Of a stretch of 64,000 nucleotides of DNA, positions 28,934 through 39,671 are shown piece after piece; the stretch's first letter is position 1, and every line of letters starts with the position of its first letter. The notes beneath the pieces are model-generated. The model saw only the letters and a program-made list of their open reading frames with translations. It did no database searches and was not told where the DNA came from. The position numbers and the translations under genes were made by a program. This DNA is from Bdellovibrionales bacterium (GTDB taxonomy: Bacteria > Bdellovibrionota > Bdellovibrionia > Bdellovibrionales > UBA1609). The stretch lies in the NCBI GenBank assembly GCA_965200875.1, contig OZ241456.1, positions 1,056,001 through 1,120,000 on the forward strand, in the 5' to 3' direction.

Positions 28934-30043
28934 ATGAAAGCAAAAAAGGGTTTAGAAGGTGTAATTGTTGATGAGAGTGCCATTTCAAAAGTGATCTCTG
29001 AAACAAGCTCTCTTATTTACAGAGGATATTCTGTCGAGGACTTAGCTAAAAATACCTCTTTTTTGGCCGTGGTATATCTTTTATGGAAAGGAGATTTGCC
29101 CTCTCAATCTGCTTTGGAACAATTCACAGTTCAGGAAAAACAAGCCAGAAAAACCGATAAGCGTATTTTAAATCTCATAAAAGAGTGTGCAAAAGGTCAT
29201 CCTATGGATGTGCTTAGAACAGCAGTTTCTGTGGCGGGGGCTTTAGAGGACTCCCCTTGGGATGAACATGATGAAATTTTGGAAAAAAAAGCTATGAATC
29301 TCCTCGCTAATATTCCTCTATGGATTTCTGCTCATATTCGGTTTAGAAAAAACCTGCCTTTTATTGAACATAGTGAAGATAAACCTTTTATGGAAAACTT
29401 TTTTCACCTTTGCTTTGATAAAGTACCTCAAAAAGAAGTCTTGGACGCTTTTTCCACTTCCATGATTTTATATGCAGAACATGGGTTTAATGCCTCCACT
29501 TTTACTTCTAGGGTTATTACTTCCACTACTTCGGATATATACTCTGCTGTGGCCGGGGCTATTGGTTCTCTTAAAGGGCCTTTGCATGGGGGAGCTAATG
29601 AACAAGTTATGTATATGATGAAAGAAATAGGAGAGCCAGAGAAGGCAAAAGAATGGATTTTAAAAGCTTTAAGGAAAAAAAGAAAAATTATGGGTTTTGG
29701 CCATAGAGTTTATAAAAAAGGGGACTCCAGAGTGCCTCAAATGTTTGCCTGCGCTAAAAAAATGGCAAAGGTAACCAATAATACAAAATGGATTGAAATA
29801 TACAATATTCTGAAAGATACCATGCTTAAGGAAAAAGGCATTCATCCTAATCTGGACTTTCCAGCCGGTCCGGCTTACTACATGATGGGTTTTAATATTG
29901 ATGTGTTTACTCCGTTATTTGTTATGAGTCGCATTTCCGGTTGGACAGCTCATATTATGGAACAAAGAAAAAACAATCGTATTATACGCCCTTTATGTGA
30001 ATACACTGGCCAAACAGAAAAAACAGTTCCTGTGGTACAATAA
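28934..30043 (+). CDS. prpC: 2-methylcitrate synthase / citrate synthase
   Basis: EHGFNAST, GPLHGGAN, MGFGHRVY, NLDF. Confidence 0.9.
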   Translation: MKAKKGLEGVIVDESAISKVISETSSLIYRGYSVEDLAKNTSFLAVVYLLWKGDLPSQSALEQFTVQEKQARKTDKRILNLIKECAKGHPMDVLRTAVSVAGALEDSPWDEHDEILEKKAMNLLANIPLWISAHIRFRKNLPFIEHSEDKPFMENFFHLCFDKVPQKEVLDAFSTSMILYAEHGFNASTFTSRVITSTTSDIYSAVAGAIGSLKGPLHGGANEQVMYMMKEIGEPEKAKEWILKALRKKRKIMGFGHRVYKKGDSRVPQMFACAKKMAKVTNNTKWIEIYNILKDTMLKEKGIHPNLDFPAGPAYYMMGFNIDVFTPLFVMSRISGWTAHIMEQRKNNRIIRPLCEYTGQTEKTVPVVQ

Positions 30044-30169
30044 AAATAAAACCTGAATTTATATAACAGATACTCGCTAGATTCCAGCCACTCAATGAAC
30101 TGAAAACTCTTTAAGAACTTTCAGTTTTAGGAAAAAAGGCATTTATTCAATAGATCACTCCTAAACTTT

Positions 30170-30185
30170 TGGAACGAAATTTGCA
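30170..30185 (+). promoter_or_regulatory. Putative sigma54 promoter
   Basis: TGGAAC-N5-TTGCA (GG-N10-GC) upstream of the OMP gene. Confidence 0.5.
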
Positions 30186-30399
30186 TAGAAAACACTAAAA
30201 AGTAAAAAAAATTTCCCTAGTGTAAGAAAAATAGACAGTTTATTTTTCTTTTTCCAAATAGTTAAAATTTTTAAAAAATTAAAAATTACAGTAATTTTAA
30301 TAATTTATATATTTATTTTAATAAAGTTTATAAAGTGTTCTTGGTTTTGCATCTCTTTTAAGCATAGAAATAAAATATAGTTTTTAAGGAGGTAATAAA

Positions 30400-31515
30400 A
30401 TGAAAATATCAGGTACCCTTTTAGTAGGGATAAGCCTTTCTTTTTCACTTTTTGGAGGAGAAATTGTGGAATTTGATAAGGAAGATCTTGTGATAGCAGA
30501 AGAGCGGGGAACATCCGCAAAATCTTCTTCTGATCCCAGAGTGGTTATTTTAAATAACCAACAAGTAGAGCAGGATCAAAAAGCAAAGCAGGATCAAAAT
30601 TCGTGGATGCTCAATCAGCCGATTGTACGAGTAATGGGAACTCCTATTAGTACGACTTATGCCGCTGAATTGAAAAAATCCCGTCAACACGCAGAATTAC
30701 AAACAGAACAACAAGTTGTGGAAAAGTTGGAAAGCTCCAGACTCAGGGACGAGCAGGAGCGCTTAAAAAAGCTGTTTGGAGAAACTCCAGCTCCAAAGCA
30801 GATTGTTTCTTCCTCTCATTCTCAAGTGGTTGCTTTGGATGGCAACAAAGCTTTGGATAAAAGTGAGATATATGCTGAAGTTGTTACTCCTGTTAAGGAA
30901 GAAAGCAAAGACAGTGTTTATGTGGGTGTACATGGTGGTCAGGGTTTAAATTTAACTCGTGCTCTTGAAGGAATAAACTCTTACGGAAGTGTGGGTTTTT
31001 CATTCGGAGCGGTTGATGAAAGTGGATTGATGATGGAAAGTTCCTTTTTCTATACAAATCATCAGCTGACTGACTCTCAGGATGTAGATAACAACTTTAG
31101 TAATCAGTCTAGCACAGAAGATATGGATCAATTCAGTGGGTTTTTATCCGTAAAATACACACCTTTTTCCAGACGGTTTCAACCTTATATTGGTGTGACA
31201 TTGTCTTACAGTCACAGAATATACTCAGGAAATATGATTTACCTCTGTTCAGCTTCACAGCAGTATTGTGACGAAAGCGTGAAAACAAACTCTGTTGATT
31301 TTGGTGCCAATATCGGAATGGATTTTAGATTGAGTAAAAAAGTATCTGTTGGTTTTAATATGTTGGTGAATGTGCAAAACCTGTACAACACCCGTTTAAA
31401 AAGAGAATCCGACTATGACTACGACTACGATAACAGCGACTACTACAGTACTCCCGTTAAACCGGAAGAGACGAATTGGATTATTGCCTCCATAAATGCC
31501 AAACTGTATTTCTAA
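30400..31515 (+). CDS. Outer-membrane beta-barrel protein with N-terminal coiled coil
   Basis: RBS AAGGAGG, signal peptide, PYIG strand, terminal aromatic residues (LYF). Confidence 0.75.
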   Translation: MKISGTLLVGISLSFSLFGGEIVEFDKEDLVIAEERGTSAKSSSDPRVVILNNQQVEQDQKAKQDQNSWMLNQPIVRVMGTPISTTYAAELKKSRQHAELQTEQQVVEKLESSRLRDEQERLKKLFGETPAPKQIVSSSHSQVVALDGNKALDKSEIYAEVVTPVKEESKDSVYVGVHGGQGLNLTRALEGINSYGSVGFSFGAVDESGLMMESSFFYTNHQLTDSQDVDNNFSNQSSTEDMDQFSGFLSVKYTPFSRRFQPYIGVTLSYSHRIYSGNMIYLCSASQQYCDESVKTNSVDFGANIGMDFRLSKKVSVGFNMLVNVQNLYNTRLKRESDYDYDYDNSDYYSTPVKPEETNWIIASINAKLYF

Positions 31516-31543
31516 CCTCAGAACAATTCTCTCTTCTTTATGG

Positions 31544-31578
31544 GAAAGCCGGCCTTATCAGCCGGCTTTCTTTTTTTT
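31544..31578 (+). terminator. Rho-independent terminator
   Basis: GAAAGCCGGC-N7-GCCGGCTTTC followed by T8. Confidence 0.85.
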
Positions 31579-31800
31579 GAGGCTTTTAAATTCGATTTGC
31601 TGAAAAAAAAGGTTTTAGTTTTTCAGCTCATTTTCCGATATTTAAAAAATATGTTTTCTTTTATTCAAAACCAGTCTTTTTTAAGCCACATTCGTAAAAA
31701 ATGCTGTGGTGTTCTCACCTTAGTAAAAAACAAAGAGTTTCGTTGTAAAATTTTGCCATTATTCTCCAAGCAAATAATAAAAAAATCAGCTAATAACAGT

Positions 31801-33966
31801 ATGTTAAAATTGATTCGAGGACGAATTACCTCTTTTTTTAGCCAGTGGGTTTTAGTTGGGTTAGTCTTTTTTATTAGTGTGGAAGGGACAGCAGGGTTTT
31901 TAAACGAAGAAGACAGACAGGATCAGGCTGATTTATACAATATACCTACATGTAATCAACTTGATAGAGATTATCAAAAAAATTTACCTGAAAACTGTCT
32001 CGAAAAGTGTCGAACTCTGCATTCAGAACTAGAGGATAGTGATACTGGGTACGCCAGAAAAGAAAAGTGGGACAAGTATCAAGAGCATATCTCAAGTTGC
32101 AAGCAGCAAGCTCAGGCTAATGCTGATACAGATAATAAAGTAGCCAGCAAAGCCACAGCCTGTACAAGCACTTGTAATCAATACTTAAACACAGTTGCGA
32201 GTGGTTGTTCTGGAATTTCTGGTGATTCATGTACAGAATTTTGTAACAATACAGAGCACTCTAGCTCTTCCTTTATGCAGGCTGATCAAATGCAAGGTTT
32301 TAATGAATCTTCAGGAGTGAATAACTGTGTGACTCAAAAAGTGGAACAGTATAAAAGCCTCTATATGCAGGAATGTGCCTCTATGCTGGAAGAAATCAAT
32401 CAAACAAAGCCAAATGAGCTTCTTTGCCCTTCTGCTGAATTATCAAATAATACAGAAAAATGTACTGAATTTTGTCAGGAACAATTAAATGAGCACTTTA
32501 ATAGTGATGAACAAATAAATCCCACAGAATGTTATTCTGAACAGAGGAATATGGTTTCTAGATCGGGCTTCCTAATCCCGAATGCATCACCAATAAGCAA
32601 GCAATGTCAGGTGGTGCTCAACAACTCTGAGGGAGAAGTAAATGGAGAATTAAACACGCTCCAAGCTTCTATCATTAAAAGTAATGGAGAATTAAAACAG
32701 GGTTTCACATGGTTTTTTTGTGAGAAGGGAGAGGAGCAGAATTGTGAGGAGGATCTAAAGCTTGCCTTTGAGGAGGCGGCGGAAATTTGTGCCACTCTTC
32801 AAAAAGAGGCGCACGAATGTTGCCATACCCCGGAACAGTGTGTGGGTGGAGGTCTTGCAACGGCATTGGATGGGCTGGGCAAAATGCACATTGGCATAAG
32901 CAGTCTTAAAGGGCCAAAGAAAGCTTGTAAGGCAGTCCGGCAGACTTTCGGATTATTTAGTAGTATGCAAGGTGCAATGGCCACCCAATGTACAAGAAAG
33001 GCAAACGCATGCCAAGAAGGTTGCGCTCAGGAACAACGGAGAGTGGCAGAGCAGTTTAAGCAAGCTTGCAACCATGATATACGCATAAAGGCTGATTATG
33101 ACGAAAATGAACACACTTGCGATGAGCAGTTTTTTAAACATTACAGAAGTCAGTATAAGAAAAGTGGGTGGAGTGCACAGGAGGATATAAATATATCACT
33201 AGTTCCTGAGCAATGTGAACGCACAGGCCGGGAGGCAAATCGCAATATTCAGGCTATGAGCACAAATTTAGGTACAAGTTTAATGGCTTCAATGAAGGAA
33301 TGTGGAGAAACGGGAGAACCGCTAAAATGGGAGACACCAAAACCACCGAAAATTCCAAGATATACCCGCCCTGATATTCCAACACCTTCTCCTCGACCAG
33401 TTCCAACACCTTCTCCGTATTTAGGTGGTGGTGGTAGAGAACCACCACCGAATAGGCCAAAAAAGAGGGGATTACCCACGCCGAATACTCCAGGACCCGC
33501 CGCTGATCCTTTGGGGGTTGAACCTGACCTTCCTGATGATCCGGCAAAAGATGGACCAGGTGCTCCTGGTGGCATGGGTGGCTTGTTAGGTGGAAGTGGT
33601 GGAAGTTCAGGAATGGGTGGATTTGGTTTAAGCGGTGGTGGAGGCGGTGGCTCTCCAGGAGGAGAAGGTAATGACGATGATTCACCAAAGGGCAATAAGA
33701 TTTTGCATGGGTACGCTGGTGGTAAGTTTGCAGGCTATGGAGGTGGCGGAAGTGCAAACCAAGGAGGCCGGAAATTTAAAAGAAGTGCCAAGAACAAAAA
33801 AAATCGGCGCAAATTAGCTCGATTGAATTTAAAGAAGATTTTACCAAAAGGAAAACAGATGAATCATAAGGTTGGAAAATTTGGCTCTCCACATGACAAT
33901 ATATTTCAGAGGATGAGTAATCGTTATCAGTGGTTATGCAGAACAAATAAAATGAATTGCAAATAA
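31801..33966 (+). CDS. Large Cys-rich secreted protein with Pro-rich and Gly-rich C-terminal regions
   Basis: Many CxxxC pairs; PTPSP and GGSGG tracts; start moved downstream of the terminator (exact start uncertain). Confidence 0.75.
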   Translation: MLKLIRGRITSFFSQWVLVGLVFFISVEGTAGFLNEEDRQDQADLYNIPTCNQLDRDYQKNLPENCLEKCRTLHSELEDSDTGYARKEKWDKYQEHISSCKQQAQANADTDNKVASKATACTSTCNQYLNTVASGCSGISGDSCTEFCNNTEHSSSSFMQADQMQGFNESSGVNNCVTQKVEQYKSLYMQECASMLEEINQTKPNELLCPSAELSNNTEKCTEFCQEQLNEHFNSDEQINPTECYSEQRNMVSRSGFLIPNASPISKQCQVVLNNSEGEVNGELNTLQASIIKSNGELKQGFTWFFCEKGEEQNCEEDLKLAFEEAAEICATLQKEAHECCHTPEQCVGGGLATALDGLGKMHIGISSLKGPKKACKAVRQTFGLFSSMQGAMATQCTRKANACQEGCAQEQRRVAEQFKQACNHDIRIKADYDENEHTCDEQFFKHYRSQYKKSGWSAQEDINISLVPEQCERTGREANRNIQAMSTNLGTSLMASMKECGETGEPLKWETPKPPKIPRYTRPDIPTPSPRPVPTPSPYLGGGGREPPPNRPKKRGLPTPNTPGPAADPLGVEPDLPDDPAKDGPGAPGGMGGLLGGSGGSSGMGGFGLSGGGGGGSPGGEGNDDDSPKGNKILHGYAGGKFAGYGGGGSANQGGRKFKRSAKNKKNRRKLARLNLKKILPKGKQMNHKVGKFGSPHDNIFQRMSNRYQWLCRTNKMNCK

Positions 33967-34156
33967 TTTCATGATTATTATTCCTGTTCGAATGGATATT
34001 TTTCTCATAAAAACTGGAGAAAAGTGCGTTTTTTTCCATATCTGAATTTAAAATAAAATAACACTTTGCAGTAATAAGCTGATTTTTACACATATATTGT
34101 GTGTTTCATGATATAAGCTTAATCGCAAACGAATGAAGAAATAGGAGGTATTTATT

Positions 34157-34582
34157 ATGTTTGGAATAAACAAAGTTATTTTAGTGGGTAATCTGGGGGT
34201 GGATCCAGAAGTGAGAAAAACCGCCAACCAGCAAACAGTGACACAATTCAGTCTAGCCACCAGTGAAACCTGGGTGAATAAAGACGGGGAGCGTCAGGAA
34301 AAAACAGAATGGCACCGTATTGTGGTTTGGGGAAAACTGGCTGAAACCTGTGCGAAACATTTGGCAAAAGGTCGGCAGGTTTTCATAGAAGGTCGTTTGC
34401 AAACTCGTTCATGGGAAACCGAACAAGGGCAAAAAAAATTCACAACAGAAATAGTGGCCGGACAAGTCCTGTTTCTGGGAAGATCACCACAAATGCTGAG
34501 TAAGGAAAATGGGTTAAATGAGACAACACATGCAAAGAAAGAACCTAATTTTCCTGCAACGGAAGAAGCAATGCCTTTTTAA
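34157..34582 (+). CDS. ssb: Single-stranded DNA-binding protein
   Basis: NKVILVGNLG.DPE, TEWHRIV, C-terminal MPF. Confidence 0.96.
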   Translation: MFGINKVILVGNLGVDPEVRKTANQQTVTQFSLATSETWVNKDGERQEKTEWHRIVVWGKLAETCAKHLAKGRQVFIEGRLQTRSWETEQGQKKFTTEIVAGQVLFLGRSPQMLSKENGLNETTHAKKEPNFPATEEAMPF

Positions 34583-34590
34583 GTTCGTTT

Positions 34591-35625
34591 TTAAAAGGAA
34601 AAAGCAATTCCCAATTTTGCTCCAATATAAAGAGGTTTAAAGTCTCTTGCACCTTCTTTTAGAGATTGAAGGGAAATAAGAACAGGGTTAATCCAGCTGG
34701 CATCTATTTGAATAGGAATATACATTCCTCCAAAGTGAATATCTATGCCTAAAGCTCCAGTTACCGCTCCATGAAAGCTGGAAAAGCTTTTTTTATCCAA
34801 ACCCAGATTTGCTTTTTGATCCACGAAAGGCCAAAGTAAAGAACCACCAGCTCCCAACCAAGGTTGAAACATGGAATGCCTTAAAAAAATTCCTCTCAAG
34901 AGAAAACCAGCCCCTATGTAATGAATGCCCAAACTACAGGTTGACAAACCACAGTTAGATCCGCTAGCTCTTAAAGTTTGATGACCCAACATAATACGAG
35001 CACCTAAAGGGCCCATGAGTGAAAAATCCACTATTAATTGTTCTGCGAAACTCCACCCGACTATGCTTTTATTTGGTGCAGTAGTAATTATATTGTATTG
35101 AGGGCCTAATATTATACCAAATCCATTAGAGGAATAAGGGGATTTTTGAAAACTGGAGGCAGTGGAAAAGTTTTCTGCTGAAGAAGTATGATTTCTCTTG
35201 CCTGCTGGATCATATTCCTCATTCCCTCCAAAAGAAGATCTGTCGGAAGAATCGGGAGCAGAAGGTTCTAAAATCCAGTTAACACCCATTTTCCCTTTTA
35301 TCAATACAGCAATGGCTTTCCCTTTTTTCACTTTTTTTATTTGCAATACCCCTAAAGGCTTTCCATAAAGATTAAGGGCATCAAATTTATCTCCTTTTTC
35401 TGATTGGACACCTTCTAAATCCACCAAAGCTTTACGACCTTTAACTTTAAGAATTATTGCTGAATGCGCAAAAGAAAAAGGATATAAAACACAAAAAACA
35501 AGAGAAAAAATTAAAACCTGCGAGTTTAAAATTTGTTGAATAACCAAAACACCGGCTTTTAAGAGAAAACAGAATGGGGCGGAAAGTTTTAAAATGGAAG
35601 AATGCAGTGATGTTTTCATAACCAA
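34591..35625 (-). CDS. Hypothetical outer-membrane beta-barrel protein
   Basis: Hydrophobic signal region, PWLGAG strand, terminal FSF; start uncertain. Confidence 0.65.
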   Translation of the reverse strand: MVMKTSLHSSILKLSAPFCFLLKAGVLVIQQILNSQVLIFSLVFCVLYPFSFAHSAIILKVKGRKALVDLEGVQSEKGDKFDALNLYGKPLGVLQIKKVKKGKAIAVLIKGKMGVNWILEPSAPDSSDRSSFGGNEEYDPAGKRNHTSSAENFSTASSFQKSPYSSNGFGIILGPQYNIITTAPNKSIVGWSFAEQLIVDFSLMGPLGARIMLGHQTLRASGSNCGLSTCSLGIHYIGAGFLLRGIFLRHSMFQPWLGAGGSLLWPFVDQKANLGLDKKSFSSFHGAVTGALGIDIHFGGMYIPIQIDASWINPVLISLQSLKEGARDFKPLYIGAKLGIAFSF

Positions 35626-35800
35626 TACCTGATTTTACCAAAGTGCTTAAGTTGAATATTTTTCTATTATTTCACTATTTACCTTAAAAAGGATCAAGTT
35701 TTTTCCCAGACCTCTGTTAATAAATTGTTGTTTTTGCCAAATCATTTCTCCATAAAAAAAGATTTTTATTCCGCAAAAAATAAGATATTCTCGAAAAATT

Positions 35801-37162
35801 ATGAAAAACATAAAAGCAAAAATTCAATTTGTCTGTTCTGAGTGTGGCGTATCCAGCCCAAAGTGGCAAGGACAATGCTCCCATTGTGGAAAGTGGAATT
35901 CCATAATTGAATCAACAGTTTCCCCACCTGCATATTTTAAACAAACAAAATCAGCAAAATCAGAACCTGTTTTGCTGAATAAACAACAGCATCAATCAGA
36001 AACAAGAAAATCCACTGGAATAAAAGAGTTGGACAGAGTCCTAGGTGGAGGTCTGGTGTCAGGTTCTTATATTTTGCTGGGAGGAGCACCGGGAATAGGA
36101 AAAAGCACTCTCCTTTTACATACAGCTGAAGGTCTGGCTCAACAGGGGTTAAAAGTATTTTATGTCTCTGCGGAGGAAAGTCTGGAACAAACAAGCTTAA
36201 GGGCGAGGCGACTGAACTTAAAAAATCAAAATAATATTTTTATGTTAAATGAAATCTCTTTGGAAAAGATTTTTCATCATGCCAAGAGCTTAAAACCAAA
36301 TGTTTTGATTGTGGATTCCATTCAAACAGTGCAGTTTTCTGAAATATCTTCTGCTCCTGGTTCTGTATCACAGGTGCGGGAATGCGCGAATCAGCTTATG
36401 AATTTTGCCAAAAGCACCAACACTGCCGTATTTGTAATTGGACATATTACGAAAGACGGGCAGCTGGCCGGACCGCGACTGCTGGAACATACAGTGGATA
36501 CTGTATTATCTTTTGACGGAGACCCTCATTACCAGTTTCGTCTACTGAGAGTGTTAAAAAATCGTTTTGGGGCTGTAAATGAAATAGGGGTTTTTCAAAT
36601 GTTGTCTGAAGGTTTGAAAGAAGTCACTAATCCCTCTGAGTTTTTTTTAGGAGAAAGACAGGAAAACCTGATTGGTTCTGTGGTGTTTACAGCAATGGAA
36701 GGCTCACGCCCCATATTGTGTGAAATACAGGCCCTTTGTCTACGCAGTTACCTATCTATGCCTCGTCGAACAGCTATTGGTCTGGATGTAAACCGCCTTC
36801 ATAAAATTATTGCTGTCTTAGATAGTTACTTAAAAACAGGATTATATCAATACGATATTTTTCTCAACATAGCGGGAGGGTTGAAAATAACAGAACCGGC
36901 TGTGGATTTAGCCATAGCATCAGCACTGATTTCCGCAAAAAAACAAAAAACCGTTGTTGCGAGTAGTTGTTTTTTTGGAGAAGTAGGACTAACGGGGAAA
37001 ATAAGAGCCAGCATTTTTGCGGAAGAAAGAATAAAATCCGCTCAAAAATTAGGCTTTAAAAATATTTATCTTCCGGCAGGAAATAAAAAACATTTGCAAC
37101 AAAACAAAGGAATGGAAACATTCCAGCTTCACTGGATACAATCCATAAAAGATCTTGATTAA
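35801..37162 (+). CDS. radA: DNA repair protein RadA/Sms
   Basis: C4 zinc finger, GAPGIGKST, KNRFG, GEVGLTG. Confidence 0.97.
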   Translation: MKNIKAKIQFVCSECGVSSPKWQGQCSHCGKWNSIIESTVSPPAYFKQTKSAKSEPVLLNKQQHQSETRKSTGIKELDRVLGGGLVSGSYILLGGAPGIGKSTLLLHTAEGLAQQGLKVFYVSAEESLEQTSLRARRLNLKNQNNIFMLNEISLEKIFHHAKSLKPNVLIVDSIQTVQFSEISSAPGSVSQVRECANQLMNFAKSTNTAVFVIGHITKDGQLAGPRLLEHTVDTVLSFDGDPHYQFRLLRVLKNRFGAVNEIGVFQMLSEGLKEVTNPSEFFLGERQENLIGSVVFTAMEGSRPILCEIQALCLRSYLSMPRRTAIGLDVNRLHKIIAVLDSYLKTGLYQYDIFLNIAGGLKITEPAVDLAIASALISAKKQKTVVASSCFFGEVGLTGKIRASIFAEERIKSAQKLGFKNIYLPAGNKKHLQQNKGMETFQLHWIQSIKDLD

Positions 37163-37163
37163 A

Positions 37164-37290
37164 TAATCCGCTGTGAAAAAGTATGTAATTTTGACTGGAT
37201 TCCCGCCTGCGCGGGAATGACTTCCCTGTGGAAGGTACATGAAAGAGGGGTGTGATAATTAAAGCACTATGGGTTTTTCACGGACTACTA
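37164..37290 (+). repeat. Full-length MITE/REP-like element
   Basis: Terminal inverted repeats plus ATTCCCGCCTGCGCGGGAAT; similar to 39934-40058. Confidence 0.9.
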
Positions 37291-37303
37291 AATAGCTATT
37301 TCA

Positions 37304-37597
37304 TTACATATGTTCAGCTATAATTTTAACAGCATTCCACCAAGTTTTGATTACCCATCCGGAATCATCAACATTATTATCTATTTCAAAGACTTTATTT
37401 ACAGCAGAAGCTATAGCTACACAACTTAATAGAAGAAGCACATATTCCACAACAATAGCCCCTTTGTTGTTCTTGAAGTTACAAAAAATTCCGCCAAATT
37501 TATTTTCAGTTTTTCTTTTAATACGAAAAGCAACTAAGATATATAACCAAATAAAAACCTGAATTATTTTCATTGTACTTCCTGTTTTAACCTTCAA
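37304..37597 (-). CDS. Flp/Tad-type pilin-like protein
   Basis: KG-AIVVEY prepilin motif followed by a hydrophobic helix; start uncertain. Confidence 0.65.
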   Translation of the reverse strand: MKVKTGSTMKIIQVFIWLYILVAFRIKRKTENKFGGIFCNFKNNKGAIVVEYVLLLLSCVAIASAVNKVFEIDNNVDDSGWVIKTWWNAVKIIAEHM

Positions 37598-37656
37598 TGT
37601 CTTACAAACATTTTACATCAAATTTTTACATTTACAACTGAAAAAAAGAAAAGGGA

Positions 37657-37805
37657 TAGTGGTCCGTGAAAAAGTATGTAATTTTGACTGGATTCCCGTT
37701 TTCACGGGAATGACTTCCCTCTAAAACTCAACAAGATTCCCGCCTGCGCGGGAATGACTTCCCCCTAAAACTCAACAAGATTCCCGTTTTCACGGGACTA
37801 AAACC
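37657..37805 (+). repeat. MITE/REP-like element with three tandem palindromes
   Basis: ATTCCC-N8-GGGA x3 separated by near-identical linkers (GACTTCCC..TAAAACTCAACAAG). Confidence 0.9.
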
Positions 37806-38868
37806 TACTAAAAGGAATGGGGATACGAATATGGTTAAATTCTTCCGTGCCAAGTAAGGTAACCCCTTTTTGGGCCAGTCTTTTTTTCAAAAGAGGGTGG
37901 GGGTGATTGTATCGTTTTCTTCTGGCACTGGCCACAGCTATTTTTAAATGAGGCAGATATTTTAACAGGTGAGAGGTAGTGGAATACCGACTTCCGTGAT
38001 GGCCCGTTACCAATATTTTAACAGGGGTTTTGATTTTTCTCATCCATAGTTTTTCTGAAGAACCAGGGGAGTCTCCTGGAATGAGGATGCTGTTTTTGAC
38101 AACTACCACTCTACTTTGTTTGTTGGAATCTGTATCTCGCTTGTTTTTATTCCAGTGGGTGGGAAAAGTAATTTCTGTAAATATTTTTTTAGACGCTTTC
38201 ATGGATTTTTTTCCACATAAGGGAACGGAAGATAAAAATTTTTGCTTTTTTTTGCTTCCCTTTCCTCCAGGTGTATTTAAACGGCAAAAGGAGTTCAACC
38301 GTCTCCAGGCTTTTTTGGTAAAATTAATATGATCCCAGTCCCAATGGGAGAAAAATACTTTATTGTCTTTTTGTCCGCATTCTTTGATGAGTTTTTTTAA
38401 GGGGAAAAATTCTCCTCCTATGTCAAAATGTACGCAGGTTTTAAGATCAGAGTAAGTCACCATTTGCCCCTGTCCAACATACCACACAATAAGTTGTGCT
38501 GGCTTATTTTGACTGAAATAATGAATGGGAAGCAGAAAAGCTAAAATAAAAATTAAAAAATATTCTTTGTATTTTTTTATTAAAGAGAATATTTTACACC
38601 AAATAAGTTTGTACTGTACAAAGCACCCTACCACCTTGCCTTTATATGGTAAAAAACAGGTACTATAATATTTAATTTGCTGAAGCAGGATAACAATTTT
38701 CTGTCTTCTCTTGTTTTTTTTAGTCAATAAATGTTTTAAACTCATAAATCCTCTTTTTCTTCTGAAGTTTGTTCGCAATCTCTTCGTATGGAATAAACAA
38801 AATAAAGCTGAAGCAAGATAAAAGAAATGCAAATATAGATCCATATTTGAAAAGAGCTGAGAGACCAA
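37798..38868 (-). CDS. ComEC-associated metallo-beta-lactamase domain protein
   Basis: VGQG, SHWDWDH, PGD, GHHGS, YNHPH; true start probably downstream. Confidence 0.8.
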   Translation of the reverse strand: MVSQLFSNMDLYLHFFYLASALFCLFHTKRLRTNFRRKRGFMSLKHLLTKKNKRRQKIVILLQQIKYYSTCFLPYKGKVVGCFVQYKLIWCKIFSLIKKYKEYFLIFILAFLLPIHYFSQNKPAQLIVWYVGQGQMVTYSDLKTCVHFDIGGEFFPLKKLIKECGQKDNKVFFSHWDWDHINFTKKAWRRLNSFCRLNTPGGKGSKKKQKFLSSVPLCGKKSMKASKKIFTEITFPTHWNKNKRDTDSNKQSRVVVVKNSILIPGDSPGSSEKLWMRKIKTPVKILVTGHHGSRYSTTSHLLKYLPHLKIAVASARRKRYNHPHPLLKKRLAQKGVTLLGTEEFNHIRIPIPFSRF

Positions 38869-39671
38869 GGAAGTTCTATCCTTTTATTTTCCATAATAGG
38901 TCTAAGTTTCTCCATTATGAACAAAAAATATTCCCAAAGCCTGTCCGTAAAAAAGCGCAGAAAAGGAAATGGAATGGTCAGTAAAGATGCCGGCAACAGC
39001 AGGCAGGATGTGAGTGGAGCTATAAGCCAGTTTAACAGGATACTGAGTGGATGCGTGCCACCCCATTGGCTAACAATGGGGAGTATGAGTATAAAAGTTA
39101 GCGAACAGGATTTCAGTCTGGACAGCCTGTGATTGGACATACCCATACTGGCTATCCAGCTTAATTGCAAAGAGAGGGAGTTAAACCAAGTACTTTGACA
39201 TAACAGGCACAAAAGACCACTTATTTGCACACGAAAATACGGACTCCAAAACATTTTCAGCTCTTTGTTTACTTTGGTTAATAAGAGAGAAAACAAAGCT
39301 CTTAATACAGGAGGTTTCAGTCCTGCACTCATGGAATAGATTAATAGAAACAATCCTAACAAGGTGTTTTTAAAACGAAAAGAAGGTAATAAATTCCATG
39401 TTTTTTCCAAAAAAATAAGATGTGCACCGGAAATAACCATTAGATGAATCAGCCCTAAAGCAATGAAAGTTTTTTTCATTTCTCCTTCCGGCAATCTTTC
39501 CCCACAAATCAGAGCAGAGTATATATTGGTTAATGGTTCTGCAGTTTGTGTGCTCTGTATTTTCCACAAACACCATTCATGCAGGGATTGACTATAGGGT
39601 TCCACTATAGAAAGAAGGGAAAGAGGATTAACGCACAATATAATAAATATTAAAATTAAAGTAATAAGCAT
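38742..39671 (-). CDS. comEC: ComEC/Rec2 competence membrane domain
   Basis: GLIHLMVISGAH, PPVLRA, SLQLSW. Confidence 0.88.
   Translation of the reverse strand: MLITLILIFIILCVNPLSLLSIVEPYSQSLHEWCLWKIQSTQTAEPLTNIYSALICGERLPEGEMKKTFIALGLIHLMVISGAHLIFLEKTWNLLPSFRFKNTLLGLFLLIYSMSAGLKPPVLRALFSLLLTKVNKELKMFWSPYFRVQISGLLCLLCQSTWFNSLSLQLSWIASMGMSNHRLSRLKSCSLTFILILPIVSQWGGTHPLSILLNWLIAPLTSCLLLPASLLTIPFPFLRFFTDRLWEYFLFIMEKLRPIMENKRIELPWSLSSFQIWIYICISFILLQLYFVYSIRRDCEQTSEEKEDL

Noticed and set aside
31411..31446. GACTAC-type hexamer repeat in the OMP gene as a phase switch
   Set aside because: In-frame and imperfect, so it would only alter loop length
31540..31800. N-terminal extension of the 808-aa ORF
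   Set aside because: Begins inside the upstream terminator; the signal-like segment starts later
33249..33757. Pro-rich and His-rich minus-strand ORFs
   Set aside because: Antisense shadows of the Gly/Pro-rich coding tract
37690..37800. CRISPR-like array of palindromic repeats
   Set aside because: Intervening sequences are near-identical rather than unique spacers, only three units are present, and no cas genes are seen; it is part of the dispersed repeat family
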